The translations under genes were made by a program, and so were the position numbers. From the IMG/VR virus record IMGVR_UViG_3300035181_001974: a DNA stretch of 64,000 bases; one strand, written 5' to 3'. Shown here piece after piece: positions 38,338 through 48,939 of the stretch (its first letter is position 1; every line of letters begins with the position of its first letter). The notes below the pieces were generated by a model, which was not told the DNA's origin, did no database searches, and worked only from the letters and a program-made list of their open reading frames with translations. The DNA comes from a virus.

Positions 38338-39201
38338 ATGTCAGAACAGCGTGAACAGCGAAACGAAATCTTCAAGGGCGCCGCCGGCGTTGATCCTCGG
38401 ATTCCCCAGACAACGACACAGGCTCAGGCTAAACAAGACTTTGGCCTAGAGATCCCAGTCGAGACCGTCCCGCTGCCGTCAAACGGCGCGACCTACCCCG
38501 TTGATTCTCCATTGCACGGTCTTGAGACTGTCGAGATTCGTGCCATGACGGCCCGTGAGGAGGACATCCTGACGAGCAAGGCTCTGTTGAAGAAGGGCAC
38601 CGTCATCACGGAACTGATCAAGTCGTGCTTGATCGACAAGCGCATCGATCCCCGTGATCTGTTGATCGGTGACCGCAATGCGCTGATGGTTGCCGTCCGC
38701 ATCACCGGTTACGGTGCTGAATACGACGCCGAGATCGAGTGTCCGGAGTGTCAGACCAAGGCACCTCACCAGTTCAACTTGGCGGCGCTGCCTCTACGTC
38801 GTCTAGAGATCGAACCCGTTGCCGAAGGCATGAATCTCTTCGAGTTCACGTTGCCCTACAGCAAGAAGACTGTTCGTTTCCGCTTCCTGTCAGGCCGCGA
38901 TGAGGAAGAGATGCTGTCGACTGCTGAGAAGCAGAAGAAGTTGGGCCTGTCGACCGAGGCCGGCGTGACGACGAACTTGCTGTACAGCATTGTTTCGATC
39001 GACGGAGTCGAAGACCGCGCCAAGATCGCGGCCTTCGTTCGCATGATGCCGGCTCGTGATTCGCTAGCACTGCGTAACTACATTCGCGACAATGAACCTG
39101 GCATCGTGATGAAGCAGGAGACCTCGTGTCCTTCGTGCGGTCACTCCGAGGAGGTCGGGATGCCGCTGGGTGTGACGTTTCTTTGGCCTGCAGCCAAGTG
39201 A
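38338..39201 (+). CDS. Hypothetical protein with two CxxC pairs (CPEC...CPSC), putative zinc-binding
   Basis: ATG 38338 preceded by RBS GGAGGG. CTATTTAC motif upstream. Confidence 0.55.
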   Translation: MSEQREQRNEIFKGAAGVDPRIPQTTTQAQAKQDFGLEIPVETVPLPSNGATYPVDSPLHGLETVEIRAMTAREEDILTSKALLKKGTVITELIKSCLIDKRIDPRDLLIGDRNALMVAVRITGYGAEYDAEIECPECQTKAPHQFNLAALPLRRLEIEPVAEGMNLFEFTLPYSKKTVRFRFLSGRDEEEMLSTAEKQKKLGLSTEAGVTTNLLYSIVSIDGVEDRAKIAAFVRMMPARDSLALRNYIRDNEPGIVMKQETSCPSCGHSEEVGMPLGVTFLWPAAK

Positions 39202-39232
39202 CAAAGTCCAGCTCATCCTAGAGCCGACGTTC

Positions 39233-39463
39233 TTGTTGATGTACTACGGGGGCTTCCTCTATCGGGAGGTCTATGACCTCCCGGTGGCGTACAAGCGCTG
39301 GTTCATCGAGAGGATCGTCAAAGAGTTGAACAAGGGGAACACAGACGGCAGCGACAACCCGCAACCGTTGACCAAGGCCTTGCATCAGAACACGCCTGAG
39401 ATCAGGTCAATGCAGAACAAGGCGCGAAGTCAGGTGCCCTCGAGACTGAGGCGATTCACCTGA
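39233..39463 (+). CDS. Hypothetical protein (76 aa)
   Basis: ORF. Confidence 0.35.
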   Translation: MLMYYGGFLYREVYDLPVAYKRWFIERIVKELNKGNTDGSDNPQPLTKALHQNTPEIRSMQNKARSQVPSRLRRFT

Positions 39464-39481
39464 ACGTGCCTACTTACAACC

Positions 39482-40195
39482 ATGCCGAAGGACAAGTGGA
39501 CATCTGCTGGCGGTGTGGTTCTTGACAACATGGAAGAGCCTTATCGGGTCTTCGTTTGTAAACCCTCAAACAACTACGGCCCTTGGTGCTTTCCCAAGGG
39601 CCGAGTTGACCCCGGCGAGGGAATCGAGGCAACGGCACTCCGCGAGGTCCAAGAAGAGGCCGGAGTTCCGGCTAAGTTGCTGCCGAATGGCAACTTGGGA
39701 ACAGGTATTGGATCGTACAGCATCACGCACTACTTCATGATGGTCAGGACGGGCCCGGTGGGAGGTCACGACTACGAGATGGAGGAAGTGCGCGCTGTCA
39801 CGTTTGAAGAGGCTGAACAGCTCTTTTTGAGCGAAGGCAACTCTCGCGATATTGGGATCCTAAATCGCGCTCGGGACTACCTAGCTAAGCACGCCCCCAA
39901 ATCCGTGACGATTGAATCAAAGCAGCCGATCAACGAACTTCACACCAACCTGCTTGGGAAGATCTTCTTCACCACGCTGGGCGCCTGGCTTGTCGGTAAG
40001 GCTGTCAACACTAAGATCCGCGGGACCGTCGAACAAGTACGCGCGGTCAGCAATGCAATGCTGGCTAGCCGAAACTTTCAGGAAGAACTACGCCGCCCAG
40101 GCGCCACCGTCGAGAGCGTGATGCAGAAGCTCGGCGTCAAGCACATGACAGCGTCTGAGTTCGAGCGCATTCTCGGCGTGCCTTGGCCCCTCTGA
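39482..40195 (+). CDS. Nudix hydrolase
   Basis: Nudix box GRVDPGEGIEATALREVQEEAGV (G-x5-E-x7-REUxEExGU). Confidence 0.8.
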   Translation: MPKDKWTSAGGVVLDNMEEPYRVFVCKPSNNYGPWCFPKGRVDPGEGIEATALREVQEEAGVPAKLLPNGNLGTGIGSYSITHYFMMVRTGPVGGHDYEMEEVRAVTFEEAEQLFLSEGNSRDIGILNRARDYLAKHAPKSVTIESKQPINELHTNLLGKIFFTTLGAWLVGKAVNTKIRGTVEQVRAVSNAMLASRNFQEELRRPGATVESVMQKLGVKHMTASEFERILGVPWPL

Positions 40196-40203
40196 GGTGA
40201 TCC

Positions 40204-43200
40204 ATGGCAGGGCCTATTGACAAAGAACAACTAGACATCGCGACAAAGATGGCGGCCCTGATGGACCGCATGGCCGCGGCGTCTAACAAGATCGACGATG
40301 CTCAGGCGACTCAGGTTGAGTCGATGAAGCAGCTCGCGGCGGCCATGGGCACGCTCGATGTCAGAGAGACTGTCAACCAGCTGAACCAGGTCACTCAGAG
40401 TCTCAAGATCCTGATTGACAAGATGGGTGATCTGTCCAAGACGCAGCAGGCGACCCTGGATGAACTGGGTAAGAAGGCGGCCACTGCTGGGACCTCCGTT
40501 CAGGCCTTGACTGGCCGCATGAAAGAAACGCAACAGGCCGCGCAGGGAGTCAACCAGACGAAAATGGATGATTTCTTGAGGGCCCTCGAGGAGCCCGGTG
40601 GGGTCTCCAAGTTGCTGCTCAAGCAGCTGCAGAAGTTGGGCGACTACCTGTCCAAGAAGTTCCCAACATCTTGGGCGATCTCGGCCGCCGCGATCTCGGG
40701 ATTCAAACAGGGCATCAAGAACGTCATGGCCATCGGCAAGGGCCTGATGGGCTTCTTGGGAGGCCTACTCGATTCGTTGGTTAACATCGCGGGCGCGATC
40801 ATCGCGATTCCATTCAAGATGTTCAAGGGCCTGGTCGACATCGCCAACAATGCGGCGGGCGGCTCTAATGAGCTGCTACAGGCCATCGAGAACATTCGTA
40901 AGGAGTTTGGAGCCCTCGATCAGACGGGGCCCAAGGCCATCTTTGCGATGGCAACAGAATTGAAGGGTTTCTCTGACACGGGCCTGTCAGCCTGGCGCGT
41001 CTTCGGCGACATGGCTCACCGCCTCGAGGAATTCCTGAAGCTGTCGCAGGAGATGGGCCCGACCTTTGAGAACTTCGCACAGGAGTTCCACGATAATGGT
41101 GGTGCCTTGCTGGCCTGGCAGAAAGGCCTCGGTCTCAGCGGCGAGATGATGGGAACCATCGGCGCTCGTGCCAAGATCTTTGGTACCACGATGGCAGACC
41201 AGTTGATGCCCATCCAGAAGCAGGCGATGGACCTGGGCAAGCAGTTTGGCATTGCTTCGAAGCACATCTCACGGGACATGGTCAAGGCCATGAACGACGT
41301 GAAGCACTTTGCGGGTGCCACCGTCAAGGAGATCGGTCAAGCATCGGTCTATGCCCGCAAGCTGGGCCTCGAGCTCGACAAGATCACCGGCATACTTGAT
41401 GCCTTCGAGACGTTCGACTCAGCGGCTGAAAATGCTGCCAAGCTGTCGCAAGCCTTTGGCATTTCCGTCGATGCTTTCAAGTTGATGGAGGCACAGGATC
41501 CCGCGACGCAGATCGAGATGCTCCGCAAGCAGTTCGCTGCCGCCGGTGTTGATGCATCCCAATTCAATCGTCAGCAGAAGAAGTTGTTGGCCTCGACCAC
41601 GGGCCTCGATGAGAAGACAGCGCAGATGGCCTTCTCGATGAAGAACCAAGGCGCGTCCCTGGATGACATCAAGAAGAAGAGCGAGCAGGCCGAGAAGAAG
41701 CAGTTGAGCCAGGCCGAAGCCATGGAGAAGTTGGCCGACTCGATTGAGCGCATCGTGATGGCAGGCGGCTCCAGCATGCAGGGGGGCTTCTTCGATAGAT
41801 TCTTCCATGGGTTCTTGGGTGGCATTCAGGCCTCCAAGGAGTTCCGTGATATCATCTGGAACATCAAACGTGGCATGTTGTTGGTCGAACAGGCTGGCGT
41901 CAGGCTAGGGAAGGCCTTCGTTGAGGCCTTCCCTGGCGTCAAGGATATTCTTGGTGGAATCGCGGAGCTCTTCAGTCCGAAGAAGTTCGGCGCACTGTTC
42001 AATGGAATCACTGATGAGCTGATCAAGTTCTTCAAGGGCTTCACCAAGGGCGAATACTCGTTCTCGAAGTTGATGGACAACCTCAAAGAGAAGTTCTTCG
42101 ATTTCTTCAACAAGAGTGAGGGCGCTGGCAAGCGGGTGCTCAACGGCTTCAAGGAGTTCTTCCTCACGATTAGCAAGATGCTGGGTGAGGCCATCAAGTG
42201 GATCTCCGACAAGATGAAGGACGTCATCGTCTGGATCACTGACGTCATCACGGGCAAGGTCGAGTTGGGCGTGCCCGGGGGCTCTGGCGCTTTGGGATTC
42301 CTGGGAGACCTGTTGGCACCCATCGCGGAAGGCCTAAAGCACGCGTGGAAGGTCCTAGCACCTGCAATTTGGGACCTGCTCAAAGTATTGGGTGGCAAGG
42401 TCCTTAACTTCCTCCAGAACACTGTTCTACCAGCCGTCAAGCCGTTCATTCCAATGTTGGCGGGAACGCTGTTTGGACCTGCACTGACGCGAGCCGCGCT
42501 GGCCGCATTGACCACCGCACTGGGTAAGGGCTTCATCGCAGGTGCGGGTGCTATCTTCAAGAAGTTCGGTCCGAAGATCGCGGAGGCAGCCGGCACAGTC
42601 AAGTCAGCGCCTGAGGCCCCAGGTTCACCGCTACCCAGCGCAGGCAAGTCAGAAGAGATCATCAAGGCCGGTCAGGCAGCTGAAAAAGGTGGCACTGGCA
42701 TCAACTGGGCCAAGGTCAAAACGTTCTTGTTGGCAGTTGCCGGCGTTATCCTCATCGGCATGGTCGCCGTCTTCGCCGCGATCATTCTCATTCGTAAGTT
42801 CAACATCAAAGACGCTGAATTGATCGAAGGCCTGAAGACAGTGGGCCTTGCTGCGTTGGCTATGGTTCCAGCAGCACTTGCGTTGAAGATCGTCTCGAAG
42901 GTCAATGTTGATGCCAACACGGGCAGCGGTCTGCTTGCGGTGGGTCTAGCTTTGCTTGCGATGGTTGGCATTATGGGCCTCGTCTATTTGGCTCTCAAGG
43001 GCGTTGACATCAATCGCATGAAGAATGTCGTCGACGTCTTGTGGGAACTGTCGAAGGTGTTCCTGGCTGTCAGCCTCGTCACCCTCGCTGCCATGGGCAT
43101 CGGTGCTATCATCATGTCAACATCGGGCCTCGGCGCGATTGCGTTGGCCGCTGGCATGACAGCGTTGGTCGCGGCAGTAGCTGTCATGGGTGAAGCCGCT

Positions 43201-45246
43201 ATCGAGATCATGAAGAAGCTCAATGAGGTGCCAATGGGCCAGGGCTTCAAGGAGAAGGTCGACGCCTTCACCAAGATCATGGACTCGATCACCAACTTTG
43301 GCAAGAACATCGCTGCCATTTTGGAGGCCGTCAAGCCGTCGTTCATCACGTTGCTCAGTGGCAAGGATGACACCGTCGAGCGAATCCATAGCGTCACTGA
43401 GATGATGAAGGCGATGATCGGCCAACCTGGCGGGTCCGGCATCATCGGCATCATTGAGACGATCACCAAGACGTTGCAGGCTCTAGTCTCTGGCGGCCCT
43501 GAGATGCTCGAGGCTGCCAAGGCATTTGCTGAGATCTTGAACGCAATGGGCAGCCTGGCAAACGCCATGAAGCCACCTGACAAGCTGTTCGAGTCCGTCG
43601 ACAGCATGTGGACAACCGGCGAGGACGTGCACAAGGCCATCGATAAGGTGACGCAGTACGCAGGTGACACGGCAAAGAACGTTGAACGTCTGATTAACGT
43701 TTTCGTCGAAAAGGTCATGCCTCTCGTGCAAGGTGGACTCAACGAGAGTCAACTCAAGGCCTCGGCGGCTGTGGGTCAGTTGCTGGGTTCAGTGGTGTCA
43801 ATTGCACAGGCCATGTCACCTTCACCCAACGCCATCGAGGCGTTGAAGGATGTCACTGGTAACATCATTGCACACGGTGACGACAAGAACCTGAAGCCTG
43901 AAAACATGCAGGCCCTGGGTGCCTACGTTACTCAAATTTCTGACGGTTTGTCAAAGGTGATTCCTGCTATCATCAGTGCCATCGAACCCCTGCTGCAGAC
44001 AATGTCGAGTTGGCACTTTAGTGATTCTGACGCCGCTGCCACGAAGTTTATCGGCCCGCTGTTGCAGCAGATGTTCATCATGGTCCAGGCGATCACGGCG
44101 CAGAGCTCGCAACTAGCACAGGCCAAGGTGCCCAACCTCAACGTGGTTACTTTCATTGACAAGATTGGTGACATCGTTCCAAAGATCTTCACCTCGATCA
44201 ACGAGAAGATGCCCTTCCTGTTCGATAGCCTCAAAATGGGCATCGAAAATCTTCAGAAGGGTACCAAGCCCGAGTCCTTGAAACAAGGCATCGATGTCTT
44301 CAAGTCATTGATGGACATCGTAGGTATGATTCCCGGCATCATCACGTCATTGACGGGTGATGCCAAAGGCGGCGACATCCACGGCAAGGGCTTTGCCATG
44401 GCTGAAGTCATCAACGAAGTTGCTTGGTTCTTTGAGAAGATCTTCAAGAGCGGCGTCGGCGCCGGCATCGCGCCGATGGAGCTGATTTCTTACGTCTTGG
44501 GATTGCCCATCATCAAGACATTGGCAGGACAGAAGTCGGAAATCGATAGCCTAAAGTTGCTGTTCGGCCTCATTAATGATGTCATGAAGGTCATCAAGGA
44601 CGTCAACTCACTGGTGTCGGGCGGCACGCAGATCGCCGGCATTGGTTTCAAGATGGCACTCATCATGAATGAAATTGGTTGGTTCTTCGAGAAGATCACC
44701 AAGAGCGGCGTCGGACAAGGCGACGCCCCACTGAAGTTGATCTCCGATTCACTGGCTGATCCGATCATCGGCAAGATCGCTGGTCAGAAGGCAGCCCTCG
44801 AGAACCTCAAGAAGGCCTTTGGCAACTTCACAGACATTCTGAAGAGTGGTAGCGACCTTGAGGCCATCTCCAAGAGCATGACGAAGGACGGCATCGGCAC
44901 CGCGTTGATTGCAATCAACGACATGGTCACTAAGGCCCAGAGTCTGAATGATGCCTTGGGCAAGCTCCCGGATTTGAAGTTGGACGCCAAGTTGAAGACG
45001 CTAGCCAACGGCATGGGTTTGGGCGGCAAGTTCAATTACGAGATCAAGGCGAAAGACGTCGTCATCAACATGACCGTCAAGATCGAGATGAGTGCTTCTG
45101 ACGTTGAGAAAGCGATCGTCCTGCGTAAGGACTCGGTCATCAGGGACCGCATCAACTTTGCGACGGGCTCGCCCGACAAGACTGCTTCGACCACACTGCC
45201 CGATACAGCAACGGGTTACACGTATACTCCCGTGACGGCCAAGTGA
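40204..45246 (+). CDS. Tail tape measure protein (1680 aa)
   Basis: Very long helical protein with a central block of hydrophobic transmembrane segments and internal ~60-aa tandem repeats (...WFFEKI(F/T)KSGVG...). Lies downstream of the tube. Confidence 0.8.
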   Translation: MAGPIDKEQLDIATKMAALMDRMAAASNKIDDAQATQVESMKQLAAAMGTLDVRETVNQLNQVTQSLKILIDKMGDLSKTQQATLDELGKKAATAGTSVQALTGRMKETQQAAQGVNQTKMDDFLRALEEPGGVSKLLLKQLQKLGDYLSKKFPTSWAISAAAISGFKQGIKNVMAIGKGLMGFLGGLLDSLVNIAGAIIAIPFKMFKGLVDIANNAAGGSNELLQAIENIRKEFGALDQTGPKAIFAMATELKGFSDTGLSAWRVFGDMAHRLEEFLKLSQEMGPTFENFAQEFHDNGGALLAWQKGLGLSGEMMGTIGARAKIFGTTMADQLMPIQKQAMDLGKQFGIASKHISRDMVKAMNDVKHFAGATVKEIGQASVYARKLGLELDKITGILDAFETFDSAAENAAKLSQAFGISVDAFKLMEAQDPATQIEMLRKQFAAAGVDASQFNRQQKKLLASTTGLDEKTAQMAFSMKNQGASLDDIKKKSEQAEKKQLSQAEAMEKLADSIERIVMAGGSSMQGGFFDRFFHGFLGGIQASKEFRDIIWNIKRGMLLVEQAGVRLGKAFVEAFPGVKDILGGIAELFSPKKFGALFNGITDELIKFFKGFTKGEYSFSKLMDNLKEKFFDFFNKSEGAGKRVLNGFKEFFLTISKMLGEAIKWISDKMKDVIVWITDVITGKVELGVPGGSGALGFLGDLLAPIAEGLKHAWKVLAPAIWDLLKVLGGKVLNFLQNTVLPAVKPFIPMLAGTLFGPALTRAALAALTTALGKGFIAGAGAIFKKFGPKIAEAAGTVKSAPEAPGSPLPSAGKSEEIIKAGQAAEKGGTGINWAKVKTFLLAVAGVILIGMVAVFAAIILIRKFNIKDAELIEGLKTVGLAALAMVPAALALKIVSKVNVDANTGSGLLAVGLALLAMVGIMGLVYLALKGVDINRMKNVVDVLWELSKVFLAVSLVTLAAMGIGAIIMSTSGLGAIALAAGMTALVAAVAVMGEAAIEIMKKLNEVPMGQGFKEKVDAFTKIMDSITNFGKNIAAILEAVKPSFITLLSGKDDTVERIHSVTEMMKAMIGQPGGSGIIGIIETITKTLQALVSGGPEMLEAAKAFAEILNAMGSLANAMKPPDKLFESVDSMWTTGEDVHKAIDKVTQYAGDTAKNVERLINVFVEKVMPLVQGGLNESQLKASAAVGQLLGSVVSIAQAMSPSPNAIEALKDVTGNIIAHGDDKNLKPENMQALGAYVTQISDGLSKVIPAIISAIEPLLQTMSSWHFSDSDAAATKFIGPLLQQMFIMVQAITAQSSQLAQAKVPNLNVVTFIDKIGDIVPKIFTSINEKMPFLFDSLKMGIENLQKGTKPESLKQGIDVFKSLMDIVGMIPGIITSLTGDAKGGDIHGKGFAMAEVINEVAWFFEKIFKSGVGAGIAPMELISYVLGLPIIKTLAGQKSEIDSLKLLFGLINDVMKVIKDVNSLVSGGTQIAGIGFKMALIMNEIGWFFEKITKSGVGQGDAPLKLISDSLADPIIGKIAGQKAALENLKKAFGNFTDILKSGSDLEAISKSMTKDGIGTALIAINDMVTKAQSLNDALGKLPDLKLDAKLKTLANGMGLGGKFNYEIKAKDVVINMTVKIEMSASDVEKAIVLRKDSVIRDRINFATGSPDKTASTTLPDTATGYTYTPVTAK

Positions 45247-45249
45247 TGA

Positions 45250-45275
45250 CCCACGAATAATCGTGGGAATTGTGG
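45250..45275 (+). terminator. Hairpin, possibly a terminator, after the tape measure gene
   Basis: CCCACGA-ATAA-TCGTGGG 7-bp stem followed by an A/T-rich stretch. Confidence 0.35.
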
Positions 45276-45289
45276 AGTAGGATATTGCC

Positions 45290-45550
45290 ATGCGCACGAA
45301 GCAGCAAATTCGAGACTTGCTAGTCAACGATCCTCTCTATCGGCGAGCGATCCTCGCGGGCACTGAAGAGGATCGCAAGAAGATCCAGGCGATGTTGGAA
45401 CCGTTGTTCGTCAACCTGATTTCGCAGATGGACGAATTTGCCGAGAAAGTCGTAGCCGACCCAGAGGCGTGTGCCGAACTGATCAGGGGTCTCACCGGAG
45501 ACAGGGAAGTAGTTAACAGTGAGAGCGCGACTTCGGGCTCCACAGGGTAG
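45290..45550 (+). CDS. Hypothetical protein (86 aa)
   Basis: ORF. Confidence 0.4.
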   Translation: MRTKQQIRDLLVNDPLYRRAILAGTEEDRKKIQAMLEPLFVNLISQMDEFAEKVVADPEACAELIRGLTGDREVVNSESATSGSTG

Positions 45551-45552
45551 AG

Positions 45553-48500
45553 ATGGGCACCAACACAGGCACTCCTGGATTCGACATTGACGGTCAGTCG
45601 TACACCTACGATGTTGGCGACCCGAGTGCACCGCCTGCGCCTGGTTACCCGCTGACGACAGACAAAGGCGACTTGACGGTTGACAAGAACGACCCGCCCA
45701 AGAAGGACCTCAGCAACACCACCAAGAAGACGCTGGCAGACTACTTGGGTAAGAAGACGCAGATCAACTACTACCCCGTCGATGGCACGGCATCTGATGC
45801 CAGTACTTCCGCGCCTAACAATCAGACGCCCGCTATTCCAGCGCCCGATCACACCACCGAAAATTCTACCTTCTTCACGAAAGGCAAGAGCATCATCGGC
45901 GGCACTTCATCCACATCAAATTTGAAGGGATGGATGACGGGCGCGCAAACTGACGATAAGAAGTACACCGCGCCTGATCCGGCGATCGTCAAGCTCAAGA
46001 AAGGCAAAGAGTTGGGCTCGCCGCCCGATGCGATTGACGGCAATCATTTGCTGCCCGACGTGCCCGACGGGTCAGTCGACGGCACGACGGTCGGCAACTA
46101 CACCAAGTCTGTGTTGGCCAACAATCGCTTTACGTCTGACGCTCCCTATGGGGCCAGTGATAATCCGACATTGTACTCACCCAAGTTTGGTCGATTTTCG
46201 ACCAAACGAATGGCACAGGTCGGCGTTGCCTTGTCGGTGCGTGCATCCCGCGAGCTGAACTCCGCAAAGGAAGGTCTGAATCCCAGCTCCGGCGGCATGG
46301 AAGCCAAGGCGATCTTGCCGTCATTCAACCAACTGGGAACGACCAAGATTGACCTGTCGATGTTGGAGGCGCAAGACGTCCTCCGGACCATCAGCGCTGA
46401 CGAGATTCCCGACCAAGGCCTGGTGTCGATCGCCAATGGCTCGTGGGGATCTATGAACAACACATACGATACCTACTCAGGAATCACGTCATTGGGCATG
46501 ATCGCCCTGTCGACTGCCTTGACAGCAGGAGTTCAGTTGCTGTTCGAGGGCCTGGCCTCATTGTTGTCATTGATCAAAGGAACGCCAGAAGACAAGAAGA
46601 CGAGAGACGGTCGCTTCATCTTGGGATCTTCAACAAAGGCTAAGCTGGCTGATCCCAATGCATTCCCACCGAACTTTCCGTTGGACATCGGCGCCCTCTT
46701 GGGAATCAGGCCCACATTGCATAGGTTTTCGGACTGCCTCAAGGTCGGGACGCTGGCATTCTTTGGCATTTCTAGTGATGGCACCGCTGGTGCCCTGGTC
46801 ACGATCGATGCCACAGCCATCACGTCTGCGCCGGGCTACAACTCTGTCGTTGCACGTGCTGTCATCCGTTCAATCTCTAGCATCATCGAGTCAATCAAGA
46901 AGATCTTTCAGAGCAACAACCTGGTGTCTGGCGTTAAGAACCTGCTGTCGATGCTCGATGTGTTGAGGCATTCAAAGTTGGTCTCAGCCTTGAACGTGTT
47001 TTCAACGTTGGGCGACAAGATCTTGACCGACAGTGACTTTGACAACATCAGCGCCCCGGGTGAGCCCGTCAGGCGCTCGAGCATCGACAAGCTGCCCGAT
47101 GACGTTCCGTCAAATGTCATCGGCAAGAACCGAATGGGCGATGGCAAGAATCTCAAGCTGGCGTGGAGCTCTAACAGAGCACCTGCGTTGTACCTGCTGC
47201 CGAATGCCACGCTAGCGCTGCAGGCCACGACTGATAACTTGGGTAGCTTCCAATCAGGCATTGCCTCAGAAGACGCAGACACTCGAGCGCAGTACTACCT
47301 GTTGTCGAACGATGCCAGCAAGAAGAACGGCAATCGTATCCCGGTCGGCAAGGGCTCTGATAACGACAACGATGTCACGTTGCGGAACATGGAACGTGCT
47401 CTCGATGCTGAGTACATCCCGTTCTATTTTCACGATGTGAGGACCAACGAGATTATTGCCTTCCACGCCTTCCTGTCGTCATTGTCTGACGATTACACGG
47501 CCAACTATGAATCATCTGATGGCTTCGGGCGTGTAGAGCCCGTCAAGATCTACAAGAGCACCGTCCGCAAGATCGGCCTCAGCTTCTACGTGGCCGCCAC
47601 GAGCCCGGCTGATTTCAAGGACATGTGGGTCAAAATCAACAAGCTGACGACTCTCATCTATCCACAGTACAGCGAAGGTCGTTGGTTGTCAGACAAGGAC
47701 AACAACTACGCCTTCACCCAACCGTTTAGCCAGATGATTGCAGCATCACCGTTGGTTCGATTGAGGCTGGGCAACCTGTTGTCGACCAACTACTCACGAT
47801 TCGCGTTGGCCAGGCTCTTTGGAGCCACGTTGGGTGGTGATTCGGTGGCACAGTTCGGTGATAGTTCTGGCCTTGACTTTGATGCAGGTAACCAGTTTAA
47901 GGTACCGCCGGAGATCATCAAGTCACGAACCACGCCGTCAGAAAAGACTTGGTTCGTGACTCCGGGTCAGATCTACGATTCCGCGTCCGACGCAGGCAAG
48001 AGCAATCCGCTGCCTAGCAATCAGGTGCCGTCGGCCCCTCGGTGGAAGGTCGATGCCTATGCTGACATGATTCCTGTCAATGTTGTCTCAACGACAGACG
48101 ATGCAGATGTTGTAGCAGTCCAGGTCAAGATGCCCGACGCTGCGTTCTTCAACTCGCAAGGAATCACTGATCCTGCTCGACAGGCCGCGCTTACTCGGGC
48201 CATCACAAATTTGTACAATAATGACAAAGATCCTCTGAACAAGATCATCAATCAGAAGTTCCTCGTCAAGTCTTCGGAATTGCGTCCGACGCAGAGCACA
48301 TTGAAGGCAATCAACCAGGCTTCAGGCGCCAAGGTCACATCGCTCGATTCGTTGAGCAACTTCCTTGATCCTGAGAAGAACGCACTTGTCAAGTCGTTCA
48401 AGTCAGCAGGCGGCCGGGGCTTGGCGGGTTTCATCGATTCCATGAACTTTGACTGGTACGACAAGGTCAATTGGGACGACAGGCCTGGTCACAAGGCACC

Positions 48501-48639
48501 GATGATGTGCAAGGTCACCATCTCATTCACGCCCATCCACGACATCTCGCCTGGTCTCGATTCGCAGGGGTACAATCGGGCTCCCATTTATCCGGTGGGT
48601 TACTTTGCTCCATCGACTGATACTGACGACAAGAAGTGA
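45553..48639 (+). CDS. Large tail/baseplate protein (1028 aa), possibly a distal-tail or gpD/DNA-circulation-like protein
   Basis: Lies directly after the tape measure. Large T/S/G-rich ORF. Confidence 0.5.
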   Translation: MGTNTGTPGFDIDGQSYTYDVGDPSAPPAPGYPLTTDKGDLTVDKNDPPKKDLSNTTKKTLADYLGKKTQINYYPVDGTASDASTSAPNNQTPAIPAPDHTTENSTFFTKGKSIIGGTSSTSNLKGWMTGAQTDDKKYTAPDPAIVKLKKGKELGSPPDAIDGNHLLPDVPDGSVDGTTVGNYTKSVLANNRFTSDAPYGASDNPTLYSPKFGRFSTKRMAQVGVALSVRASRELNSAKEGLNPSSGGMEAKAILPSFNQLGTTKIDLSMLEAQDVLRTISADEIPDQGLVSIANGSWGSMNNTYDTYSGITSLGMIALSTALTAGVQLLFEGLASLLSLIKGTPEDKKTRDGRFILGSSTKAKLADPNAFPPNFPLDIGALLGIRPTLHRFSDCLKVGTLAFFGISSDGTAGALVTIDATAITSAPGYNSVVARAVIRSISSIIESIKKIFQSNNLVSGVKNLLSMLDVLRHSKLVSALNVFSTLGDKILTDSDFDNISAPGEPVRRSSIDKLPDDVPSNVIGKNRMGDGKNLKLAWSSNRAPALYLLPNATLALQATTDNLGSFQSGIASEDADTRAQYYLLSNDASKKNGNRIPVGKGSDNDNDVTLRNMERALDAEYIPFYFHDVRTNEIIAFHAFLSSLSDDYTANYESSDGFGRVEPVKIYKSTVRKIGLSFYVAATSPADFKDMWVKINKLTTLIYPQYSEGRWLSDKDNNYAFTQPFSQMIAASPLVRLRLGNLLSTNYSRFALARLFGATLGGDSVAQFGDSSGLDFDAGNQFKVPPEIIKSRTTPSEKTWFVTPGQIYDSASDAGKSNPLPSNQVPSAPRWKVDAYADMIPVNVVSTTDDADVVAVQVKMPDAAFFNSQGITDPARQAALTRAITNLYNNDKDPLNKIINQKFLVKSSELRPTQSTLKAINQASGAKVTSLDSLSNFLDPEKNALVKSFKSAGGRGLAGFIDSMNFDWYDKVNWDDRPGHKAPMMCKVTISFTPIHDISPGLDSQGYNRAPIYPVGYFAPSTDTDDKK

Positions 48640-48642
48640 GCC

Positions 48643-48936
48643 ATGGCAGCATCTCGATACGCTCGCACACCCATCCTTGATTTTGGTCGACAGTACGGTA
48701 CGACTGAGTCGATCAATAACCTGCGTGCTGCGATCAAGGCAGGCACGGTGCCGACCAAGACCCTGTTGCTACGCGGTGTCGAGCGACTTGATACGCTGGC
48801 CGGAACTATCTACGGCGACTCACGGTACTGGTGGGTCTTGGCTGCTGCCAGCGACATTGGCTGGGGAATGCAGGTTCCCGCTGGGACCGTCATCCGGATC
48901 CCGGATCTAGGCGCTGTCGTAGGAATCACGGGGTGA
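48643..48936 (+). CDS. LysM-like tail protein (P2 gpX-like 'tail protein X')
   Basis: ...LDTLAGTIYGDSRYWWVLAAASDIGWGMQVPAGTVIRIPDL matches the LysM/Phage_tail_X signature. Confidence 0.7.
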   Translation: MAASRYARTPILDFGRQYGTTESINNLRAAIKAGTVPTKTLLLRGVERLDTLAGTIYGDSRYWWVLAAASDIGWGMQVPAGTVIRIPDLGAVVGITG

Positions 48937-48939
48937 TGC

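Noticed and set aside
39470-39476. CTACTTA and CATACTTA copies of the recurrent motif at 39470 and 53864 as promoters for the immediately following genes.
   Set aside because: They lie only 5-6 nt from the start codons, leaving no room for a transcription start plus RBS. They may be chance copies or serve another role.
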